Part shown: positions 53,766-64,000 of the stretch, one piece after another | How positions within the stretch are numbered: the stretch's first letter is position 1 | How the letters are laid out: each line of letters opens with the position of its first letter | NCBI GenBank assembly: GCA_964016885.1 | Contig: OZ024746.1 | Location: 60,512,001-60,576,000, forward strand | Reading direction: 5' to 3' | DNA from: Eledone cirrhosa | Lineage: Eukaryota | DNA: 64,000 nt | Program-made: the position numbers and the translations under genes | Notes under the pieces: model-generated | The model's input: the letters and a program-made list of their open reading frames with translations, nothing else | The model's database searches: none | Told to the model about the DNA's origin: nothing

Positions 53766-53769
<4 letters not shown>
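50277..53769 (-). mobile_element. Young RTE-clade LINE (subfamily A), slightly 5'-truncated, flanked by (TA)n
   Basis: Uninterrupted 989-aa ORF, ~520-bp 3' UTR and (GAT)n tail. Confidence 0.96.
50800..53769 (-). CDS. RTE LINE ORF: APE endonuclease + reverse transcriptase with internal PHD-type finger
   Basis: CIQETRW, GDLNGH, QVDY, SQH; NYRGIKL, FVDLEKAFDRV, GVHQGSVLSPLLF, YADD, FRYLG, HGSETW, WYGHV. Confidence 0.95.
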
Positions 53770-53815
<46 letters not shown>

Positions 53816-54347
53816 ATATATCAGTGTAACAGTTGTACCTCACCATTTCTTGTGTCTTTCATTACACAAAGACATGACAACTAAATCCCCCTATTCACTT
53901 TTAACCATCTTAACACCTCCTTCTTGAAGAAAATGAATTAGTTTTATATAAGGAAATATTTCTAACTATGCTCTATAACAGTTTTGAGATTTTATGACAC
54001 AAAAATACAAGAACATAGGAGTCAAAAACTGACAAATTATGACTTCAACCCAGTTGGGACCTATCAGCTCTCCTGTGGTTAAAACATGTTCTCCTAGTCA
54101 CACTACTTATATATATATCAGTTAATAGCCAGAATAAATCATCTGTAGATTTGAGATGACGAAATTAATATATAGAGCATGTGATTTAATTCATTCTATA
54201 TAGATAAGAATATATTTATAGTGTTACTCTTGAATAAACTGTTAGAGAGAACAGTATGATTCCAACAACAGAAGGGAGGTATGTATTATTAACAAATATA
54301 TTATACATTGGATGAAACCAAAATTTTGTTTGGGCCATATATATATA

Positions 54348-54460
<113 letters not shown>

Positions 54461-54463
54461 ATA

Positions 54464-54700
54464 TTTCACATTGCTCCAGTTTACTCAGCTGTAGAAATGA
54501 GATGATAGGGACTGGGGTCCATATCATTCCACTGCAAAGTGGTCGTAGAGGTACCACGGCAAAAAAAGCACCCAGCACTCACTGTAAATGAGGTTGGTGT
54601 TAGGAAGGGCATCCTGCTGTAGAAATCAAGCCAGAATCAGTTCCCATCCCACCCTTGCAATCAGGGAAAAGCAGCCGTAAAATGATGATGATGATGATGA
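54464..54700 (+). mobile_element. 3' half of CORE-like SINE, family 2
   Basis: Reverse complement of 18548-18785. Confidence 0.8.
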
Positions 54701-54938
54701 TAATGATATGAATTCAATATAATAAAGAGAGATATAAACACAGATATATACATAAATGTGTTCAAATCATAAGAGACCAGATTCGCTAGGGTGAATAGGA
54801 TACTAACTATGAACAAATCGGTTTGCCGACTCAATTAAAAGAATAAATTAAGAAAAAGTACAAACTGAATTGTGACAACTATCAAATATCAAATATCTGT
54901 AAGGGACTACTTTCAGTTTCTAACTCAATATATACTTT

Positions 54939-54982
<44 letters not shown>

Positions 54983-54999
54983 GTGTTAAATGATATTCA

Positions 55000-55170
55000 A
55001 TGATTATGTCAAAGAATGAGTTTTACAGTAGATTGGAAGCACTCTACAGTAAAAATAAATTTCCGGAGTTATTAATATTAAAATATAAATATTAATAAAA
55101 TAGATGTTCTTTTGATCAATTACATTTTATTTCAGATGTACAACAGTACATCCTCATCAGACAAAATATA
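55000..55170 (-). mobile_element. Penelope-like relic with hammerhead-like core
   Basis: Minus strand reads CTGATGA-GGATGTAC(TGTT)GTACATCT-GAAA. The flank resembles 45520-45745. Confidence 0.5.
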
Positions 55171-55234
55171 ATGATACATGACATAGCCTGACATGTTAAA
55201 TGGTTAAGATTTAATCAAGGTAGTGATTTTAATA

Positions 55235-55268
<34 letters not shown>

Positions 55269-55270
<2 letters not shown>

Positions 55271-55458
55271 CTAGGTGTGTCAGAAATGTGACAAGGCTTA
55301 GTGTGCTGTGTGACGTTATATCTAGGGAGTTTATAACTGCAAACCAACCTGAAATTTCTGGTCCAGACAGGAAAAATACCATCAGAAACACTCAAAATAC
55401 TGAAGCAAGTATACAGAAATGGGATGGTGTCATGCTCATGGGTTTTTGAGTGGCATAT
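55269..55458 (+). mobile_element. Mariner transposon relic, left part (TIR + HTH remnant)
   Basis: TA-CTAGGTGTGTCAGAAA TIR-like start, and translation KFLVQTGKIPSETLKILKQVYRNGMVSCSWVFEWH. Confidence 0.75.
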
Positions 55459-58435
55459 CATCATCATCATCTTCGTTTAATGTCCAACTTCCACGCTAGC
55501 ATGGGTTAGATGGGAGTTGTCCCACTTGAGGCAAGGTTGGTCGTCGGGTGACCGTGTCTCACTCATATAGGACTATCTGGCAAGTTTTCTATGGCTGGAT
55601 ACCCTTCCTAACACCAACCACATTTACAGTGTGGACTGGGAATTTTTTACTGTGTTACCTACACGGCCAGATTACAGCGCGGACTGTGTGTTTTTTTTTG
55701 TCATGAGACCTACACAATCTCGATCTCATTATCTCATTTATTTGAACTGAATGTTGTGGTACCAACTTTACAGAGAGGGTAGTGTTGGTGGGAGTGGCAG
55801 GATAGAGTAGGGGTAGTGGATTTGGGTGTATATTTGGTTAAGAGGTGCTTACTGACTGTAGGTTTCGCTTTGTACATAGGCAAGGCGGGTCTTCTGTATT
55901 ACTGCATAGCGCCAAAGATCTCGGTCCAGTGACATTGTCTTAGAGAGGTGCAAGTTTGTAAAGTTGGAGGTTTTTCTGGGTGTACCTACTCCGTAACTAC
56001 CATCAATTTTGATCGCCCTGCACTTTTTTATACAGCTGTTGTCTTTCATGCGCATCACATGATCATACCAATGTAGTCTTCTCTTAAGTAAACAGCATCT
56101 GATTCCTCTTATTCCTAATTTCTCACTTAGTTCATTTATACTTTGCTGTTCACGTATATTACTATTACACATCCAACGGAGCATGCATGCTTCATTCCTT
56201 TCCAGTCTGCGCAGGTCCTCTGCACGCAATGCCCATGTCTCATTGCCATGTAACATTGCTGTTCGTATACAGGCATCATACAATTTGCCTTTCATTTTTA
56301 GAGAGAAACCTTTTGTGGCTAACAGCGGTATAACCTCTCTGAACTTTTTCCATCCCGTTCTGACTCTTACTACCGTACTTTCAGAGCACCCTCCACCACT
56401 ACTGATTTTGTCACCCAGGCAACGGAAAGTGTCCACTATTTCTATAGAACCATCTGGGTAATAGAAGGAGCTAGTATCCTGTGGTCACTTGCTACTTATT
56501 GCACCTGAGCATCAGCCACATATAAAATCTACGTTCTTAGATAGTTTACCTGTGATCCCACTACATCTTTTATGTACCCATAGTTTGCATTTGGGACATA
56601 AAATGGAATTTCTACCTACTCCTTTCCTACACACTGAGCATGGCCATTTCCCTGAGGGCACCTGTGCCCTATTTTCCTTTCTACAAACTAGAACTTTAGT
56701 CTTAGACAAGATAAGACCTTTGTTAGCCGCTCTCCAGCCATCTATTTAAAACTGTATACAGCTATGGTACGACCACACTTGGAATTCGCATCATCAGTCT
56801 GGAACCCCTATCTTGCTCGGAACATTGACCTCCTGGAAACTGTTCAGAGACGTGCAACCAAGCGCATACCCTCCATCAGACACCTACCATACTCTGAACG
56901 CCTTGCTTCCCTGGGCATGGATTCATTGAAGCTCCGACGTCTGGCAATGGACTTGGTGAATACCCACAAAGTTTTTAACCATCTCGCCAACTGCAGCCCT
57001 GAGCGCCTCTTTGATCTCCATGTGTCTAACACACGTGGACATGCCTACAAGATAAGAAAACAGCACAGCTCCCATGACTTTCGCAGACATTTTTTCACGC
57101 TCAGAGTTGCTGAAGCATGGAACAAACTGCCTGCGTCAATTGTTAGCTGCCGAGACACTGCATCCTTTAAGACACTCATGCTTCCCGAAATACGCCAAAA
57201 CTACACCTGATGTGCCCCTTCCATACACATGCACACATGTGTGCACTGTTCATTTTACTGATGTTTGTGCATTGCCCTATGTACTGTACATGCACTTTTT
57301 TGATGGGTTGTGGTGCACTGTGCACAATATTTCATTATTGTTATTGTTATTATATCATGACTCATACACTGTTTATTTTCCTGACATTTGTACATTATTC
57401 TATGTACTATACATGCACCTTTTGATGAGTTGTAGTGCACCTGAGCACTGTACACAATAATTTCATTATTATTATTATTATTATTATATAACTTTAAGGC
57501 CTTTTGATTCTAGGCCATGCTTCCATGTTTGGAATTTCTTCTCTAGTTCAGCCGTAGATTCAACTATGAGAGTTAGATCATCTGCCTATAGGAGTTCCCG
57601 TGGGCAGCTGGTCTTGAACTCCTCTGTTATAGCCTGAAGGGCAATAATAAATAGGAGGGGTTTAATGACAGAGCCTTGATGAACACCAAATTTTAGACTA
57701 AATTCTTCACTATATTCATTGTTAATTCTAACCTTACTGACTGTTTCTTTATACATGGCTTGTATAGCTCTCACAAGCCATTCATCTACACCTAGTTTTC
57801 TAAGAGCCCACCAGATAATGGAGCGGGGGACACTGTCAAAGGCTTTCTCTGGGTCTACAAAAGCTAATTAGAGGGGTTTACTTTTAGCTAGGTACTTCTG
57901 TAGTTGTCGTACAAGTAAAAGTGCATCTGTGGTACTTTTACCAGACACAAACCCAAACTGCATTTCATCTAGATCAATTCACTCTCTGATTAGTTGCGCT
58001 ATAACTCTTTCTGTGACCTTCATGACCTGGTCAACTAACTTAATGCCTCTATAGTTTCCCCTATCTAGAGTATCCTCTTTACCCTTGTAGCAGTTAATGA
58101 TGATGCTGTTACGCCAGTCTTTTGGTATGACCGCATTCTGTATTAGCTGGTTTACTATATGGGTGACCATAGTATGTCCCACCATTCCAGATGCCTTCAA
58201 CATCTCAGCAACTATCTCTGAATGCCCAGCTGCCTTGCCTGTCTTCATATCTTTGATTGTCTTACTTATTATACTACCTTTAACTTGCCGCTGGTCCTTC
58301 TATTGGATCGATTTGGGGCAGACTATCTTTTTCCCATTTATTCTCCTCATTTAATAGTCTCTTGTAGTGACACTCCCAAGCTACCTTCTTATCAGTATCA
58401 GTGAGGGCAAGTACACCATTATCATTATGGACATA
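55459..58435 (-). mobile_element. Older RTE subfamily A copy, interrupted by CR1
   Basis: Fragmented ORFs homologous to the 989-aa ORF. One 3' UTR unit and a (GAT)n tail. Confidence 0.92.
56711..57488 (+). mobile_element. CR1-group LINE 3' fragment nested in the RTE
   Basis: MVRPHLEFASSVWNPY, LETVQRRATK, TRGH and FFTLRVAEAWNKLP, with a duplicated 3' UTR segment and (ATT)n tail. Confidence 0.92.
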
Positions 58436-58545
58436 CAAAAAGTGGAAAACAACCCCAGAAGCAAAAGGCCTTCCATGAACATAACTGAGGCCAATGTTGA
58501 TTGTGTGAGGCAGATGGTGCAGGGTGATTGTCCAGGAATGCATAT
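58436..58545 (+). mobile_element. Mariner transposase relic, right part
   Basis: KVENNPRSKRPSMNITEANVDCVRQMVQGDC resembles the mariner VEDDPRSGRP linker. Confidence 0.7.
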
Positions 58546-58600
58546 ATATATGTCATGGTTTACTGAGGAAGGAACCAAAATCAACAATCTCTGCTAGAGC

Positions 58601-58804
58601 TTGAAAACAAAGCGAGGTTTCTCATTAAGGTCTTCATTGATTATACACAGTTATGACCATTTCATAAATAGGTGGATCAGAATCTATATAAGTAGAGTCG
58701 GATCTATAGCATTTATATAGGTCCTGATCCACTCATCTGTGAAATGGGCATAACTATGTATAAACAATAGAGAGCTTAATGTGAAACCTCGCTTTGTTTT
58801 CAAT
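58601..58804. repeat. ~200-bp imperfect palindrome
   Basis: TTGAAAACAAAGCGAGGTTTC at the left and GAAACCTCGCTTTGTTTTCAA at the right, with pairing that continues almost to the centre. Confidence 0.85.
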
Positions 58805-59100
58805 ATATATATATATATTGAAGGCGGTCAGCCAAACTGACAACAACTGGCCCTCTTGATATCCTTTGAGTCAAAAACTTTTTTCTCTGTTTTTTTTATC
58901 TACTTTCTCTCCTTATAGCCTGTTGGATTGTGTTTACCATTATTCCTTTATATAACTATTATGCAATATACAACTGATGATGTCACCAGGATTTTACGTA
59001 ACCTAGCCACTGAAATGTAGTTAGTGTTTGCCAAAATAAATCTTTGAAGGAATTTCACCATTCCGGCCTCCTGTCATTTTACTCCATAATATATATATAT

Positions 59101-60104
59101 ATGGAAAAAGTTCAGAGAGCTTATACCACTATTAGCCGCTAGAGGGTTCTCCCTAAAAATGAAAGGCAGGTTATACGATGCCTGCATACGAACAGCAATG
59201 CTGCATGGCAGTGAGACCTGGGCATTGTGTGCAGAGGATATACGCAGACTAGAGAGGAACGAAGCTTGCATGCTCCGCTGGATGTGCAATAGTAATATAC
59301 GTGAACGGCAAAGCATAAACGAACTAAGGAAAAAATTAGAAATAAGAGGGATCAGATGTTGTTTACTCGAGAGAAGGCTACGTTGGTACGGTCACGTGAT
59401 GCGCATGAAAGACGACAGCTGTATAACAAAGTGCAGGGCAATAAAGATAGACGGTAGCCACGGAGTAGGCAGACCCAGAAAAACATGGGACGAGCTGATA
59501 AATTCCGACCTCACACGCTTACACCTCTCCAAGACAATGTCACTGGACCGAGACCTTTGGCGGTACTCAGTAATAGAGAAGACCCGCCTTACCTAAATAC
59601 AAAGTAAAAACCTACTACAGTCAGTAGGCATCTCTATCAAAACACACCCCCGTCCCACCACCTCCACCCCATCCACACCGCCCCTTTCAATGTACAGTTA
59701 TGTTGGTCCCACAACATGCAGGCCGAAACAAATGAGATCGTGTAGGTGTCACGACAAAAAACACACAGTCCACGCTGTAAATGTGGCCGTGTAGGCAACA
59801 CGGTAAAAACCTCCCAGTCCCACACTGTAAATGTGGTTGGTGTTAGGAAGGGCATCCAGCTGTAGAAAACCCGCCAGACAGTCCACGCTGTAATGTGGCC
59901 GTGTAGGCAACACGGTAAAAACCTCCCAGCCCCACACTGTAAATGTGGTTGGTGTTAGGAAGGGCATCCAACTGTAGAAAACCCGCCAGACAGTCCTATG
60001 CGAGCAAGACAACCACTCTTGCCTCAAGTGGGAAAACCCCCGTCCAAACCCATGCAAGCGTGGAACACGGACGCTAAACCTGATGATGATGATGATGATG
60101 ATGA

Positions 60105-60107
<3 letters not shown>
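59101..60107 (+). mobile_element. 5'-truncated young RTE subfamily A 3' end
   Basis: The 145-aa ORF is identical to the C-terminus of the 989-aa ORF. Two 3' UTR units, (GAT)n tail and TA flanks. Confidence 0.95.
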
Positions 60108-60151
<44 letters not shown>

Positions 60152-60381
60152 CATATATGTGGCCCAAACAATGTTTAGTGTAACATTCTATATTATGTAA
60201 CGGCCATTTCACTACACATACACTGTTAAGAAGTTTGATTTGCAGCCACAGAGTTTCAAGTTTGCTCCAACTGCAGAACACTTTGTACAAGTTTAAATTT
60301 ATTAGACAGAAACTGTGGAAGCCAATTGTGATATATATATGCAAGCATGGAAGAGTGGATGTAAAAACGATGATGATGATG

Positions 60382-60432
<51 letters not shown>

Positions 60433-60433
<1 letters not shown>

Positions 60434-60600
60434 GTAAAATCCTGACTGAGGTGCCAAGCGGTTTTGGTTTGTGCTACAAGCCGAAACCGCTTGGCACTGC
60501 GGTCGGGATTTTACCTACCTTTATACCCACTCTGCATCTTCCCATGCATTGAGTACCCTATGATTAATGGTCTCTTCGGTTTCAGCACCACAGACTCTCT
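60433..60600 (+). mobile_element. Fold-back plus tail element (diverged relative of 50055-50267)
   Basis: ~85-bp hairpin GGTAAAATCC...GGATTTTACC, then a tail with ACCCACTCT, GAGTAC, ATGGTC and ACCACA motifs. Confidence 0.6.
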
Positions 60601-61201
60601 ATATAGAATAGTATATATATATCATATTACATCATCATCATCATCATATAACGTGTTTTCCCTGCTGGTAAGGATTGGATGGGTCGTCACAGACCATGTC
60701 AGAAAGTAATTGGAGCCACTGACCTCTCAGATAAGCCAGGGACCACATCTTGTTTACATATGTTCCCGCTCTATACAGTGCACCATGTGTATTTTATCAT
60801 GGAACCATTAAGTAGATTGTTAGGTCTTTGACACAATTGAAGAGCCCTCTCTATATATATTGAACCTAGGACTCATATATATACTTGGAATAAACCCTAC
60901 TGTATAGCCGATCCGTGTTATTCTTCACTTCTTTATTATATATATATATATATGAGTCTATTCTTTCCTTGCATTTATATATATATTTATATATATATGC
61001 AAAGAGTAAATGAAAAGAAAAAATATAGATATATACTTATATTTAACTAAAATTATTGTTAACATCTAACTAGTGTCAATAATGCTTACAAATTAAGAAT
61101 TATCTATGATGTGTATGTGTGTAAACATCATTACAGGTCATTGTTCTGGTGTTATTTCCATCACAATTTAGCTATCAATGATAAATTTCAAGTTATTTTA
61201 A

Positions 61202-61422
61202 CCCGTTAGCATTTAAACTGGCCATATCCGGCCAGAATTCTCTCACCTCTTTCTATTCAAACCAGCTGTAACCAGTCACACAAACTGATGTTAAGGTATT
61301 GTTCTCAAAATGAATAATATAAAAATCTCATAGATTCGATATTATGTGAGATAATTATGTGAGGTAAAGCCTTTACGGTGAAAATACAATAGTAAATATA
61401 AAGTAATGTAAATGATAAAGGG
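61202..61422. mobile_element. Non-autonomous piggyBac MITE (second, partial copy at ~19229-19430)
   Basis: TTAA on both sides and CCCGTTAGCATTTA / TAAATGATAAAGGG TIRs resembling those of 10926-11941. Confidence 0.8.
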
Positions 61423-62054
61423 TTAATCTTTTTGATACCAAACAACACAAAGGTACTGTTGGTTCTGTGCAACTAAACAATTAAAAAATGTACTTATAAT
61501 TATCTAAATTATATAATTTTATGCAAGAATCTTTATTGCATTATGTTTCAATGCACCATCTTAAGAGAATGTTATATTTCTAAAGGATTCTTCAGTTTGT
61601 ATTAAGGTCACAACAACCTCTCTAGTGTTTGTGCCACAATAAAATACACCCAATACAATCCATAATGTATGTGAGCAAGATGTGGCTCTGATTGAGTGCT
61701 TACTTGGTCTGTGAGGATATGCATTACAAAATAATAGATGTTAACTAATAAGGATGATATATATATATAAATCAAGATGGATACAGTAAAAAATGGTTAT
61801 TTTGACATTGGAACCTCCTAATGAAACAGTTTTGTCCACTGCCAACACATCTGCGATACAGTCTGGAACTGTTGAAATGGCAAGAGCTCAGCTGTCGGGG
61901 TCTCGACTCTTTCATATATTTATATATATATATATTCTCTTATATCCATAGCAAAGATATTTCATCTGATGAACGAAACAGACGTTCCTGTTAGAATCAT
62001 CTAACTTTGTGAAATCATGGGTAATAGAATAATTATATTGTATTGTTTATTACA

Positions 62055-62108
<54 letters not shown>

Positions 62109-62330
62109 TAAATTCAGTGAGAAACGCATTTCGGCGGGTAGAAAAAGCAAAACGTAACGCAAATTCCAAGCTGGCAAGTGCTCCATGGGCTAAAAGACCA
62201 ATAAACATAGGTTACAATAAACATAGGTTATAAAGGCCATACAAACTGAGAAGGCGGTTAAGAAGCTATAAACCACCTAAGCCAAATAACAAGTCAAGCT
62301 AAACAGGTCAGACAAAATAAATGACATAAT

Positions 62331-62363
<33 letters not shown>

Positions 62364-62799
62364 CAAACCTGGACCCTTGGAATTGATGGTAAAATCCAGT
62401 ACAGGGTTTCTACGACACCTAAATCAATAATACTGTCTGCTTAAAACAATAAGCTTTTAGTATAATGATCAAACGAGGAATATCACGTTATCAACAGATA
62501 TTTTGTTCTGCGCCAGTGTTGTGGATGACACAGTGTTTTGTAAAAGCACATTTGTAACTCACAGGGGAAAAATCCCAGATTTTGGCAAATGAATTCAGTA
62601 TGTGTAAATCATGCAAAAAATTGCATAAATAGCACAAATCGAATAAGCTCTCGACCGGGTAGTTTTAAAAATAAACTTATGCAATTAATCTGTCAATAGA
62701 ATTATTAACAGGTTAATTGTAAGACTCGGGAGATTAATACAAATATAAAGGCGGACATAAAATGAAATGATGATGATGATGATGATGATATATATATAT

Positions 62800-64000
62800 A
62801 TCTTTTACTCTTTTACCTGTTCCAGCCATCTGGCTGAGGCCATGCTGGGGCACTGCCCTTGTTGCTACACATTTTATCTCCAGCCTGTATTGGTTGGCCA
62901 CAAGAGGGAGTTTGTTGCTGCTGCCCTTAGGTTTCCCTCGTGCCTTGCTGTGGGCTCATCCGGGATCCTGGATAGCAAGGTGTCGAGATGTTTCTTGAAG
63001 ACATCCACCTCCACAACATGCAGATCTCTCAGATCCCTCGGCATCTTGTTGAAGAACTGAGGGCCCTTGAACCCCAGACTATTGCAATATCTGCTCCTTA
63101 TTCTAGATGTGGAAGACGGGACCTTTGGCACCACACAGTGACATCCTGTTCATCCTATGCCAAAGTTTGGTGCTAGTCCCTCCAGGATTTTCCACATGTA
63201 GATCACTGTGTATCTCTCCCTTCTTCGTTCCAAGGAGTAGAGGTTCAGTTCTTTTAGCCTCTCCCAGTAGCTTATCTCCTTCATCATGGCAATCCTCTTG
63301 GTGTAGCTTCGCTGGATTGCCTCAAGCTCCGTGGTTAGTTTGACACTATGGGTGACCACAACTGGGAGCAATAGTCCAGGCGGCTTAGGGCAAATGTCCT
63401 CCATAGTGTTAACTTGGTGTCTCGGTCTCTTGTCTGGAAAGTCCTCAAGATCCAGCCAGCGAGTCGTCAGCAAATTGTCGCCACTTTCATGATGTGTGAG
63501 GAAAAAGATGCATCATCGCTCATGTTTATACCCAGGTCTCGTATCGATTTTGACATGGGGATATCGGTCCCTCCTGGTCCTGCTTAACTGTGTTGTACTG
63601 TACTTGTGTTTGCAGGTTTGTATTGTAGGGCTTGGAATTTGCCAGCATTAAACTGCATGTTGTTGTCTTCTGCCCATTAGTATATGGCATCCAGATCTTG
63701 TTGTAAAAGGGCAGCGTCAGCTGGGCTTTTGATTGCCTGTGCTACCTTAGTGTCATCAGCATAGCTAGTGAGGGATGTTGTTGTATATACTACAGAGGGC
63801 ATGTCTGAGAGAGCCACCAAAAACAGTAGTGGTCCCAGGACTGTCCCCTGGGGCACCCCACTTGTTATTGGTGTTTCCTTTGAGAGGGCCCCATTTGCTG
63901 CGACTGTCTGGCTTCTGTCCTTTAGGAAGTCATGCAGCCACTCACCTACTTTTCCAGTTATGCCGAGTCCGTGTAGTTTGTGACATTTCATTCCGTGGTC
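62800..64000 (-). mobile_element. CR1-group LINE RT and 3' end (continues beyond the window), frameshifted
   Basis: SGVPQGTVLGPLLF, YADDTK, LEAIQRSYTKRI, YWERLKELNLYSLERRRER and GPQFFNKMP. Confidence 0.92.

Noticed and set aside
51080-53829. Plus-strand ORFs overlapping the RTE
   Set aside because: They are antisense shadows of the RTE ORF with no independent motifs.

Overview
AT-rich, microsatellite-dense animal genomic DNA. The tRNA-derived SINEs, RTE/CR1 LINEs and (TA)n load suggest an octopus or other coleoid cephalopod (inference). The left half holds one complete minus-strand gene, 14-3-3 epsilon (YWHAE-like): five coding exons at 33455-33392, 17967-17768, 13573-13467, 10851-10508 and 2820-2765, giving 256 aa. 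Its introns carry SINEs, a deleted piggyBac, a mariner MITE, LINE relics and a ~0.7-0.9 kb internal duplication. The right half, upstream of the gene, is a retroelement cluster. It contains a near full-length RTE-group LINE with twin-priming-type 5' inversion geometry, and a young 989-aa RTE LINE with a PHD-type zinc finger inside its reverse transcriptase. That family also has a variable-copy 112-bp 3' UTR unit. There is a mariner>RTE>CR1 nest, several fold-back elements with hammerhead-like cores (Penelope-like), and CR1 fragments. Most short ORFs in the track are microsatellite or antisense artefacts. All alignments were done by eye.
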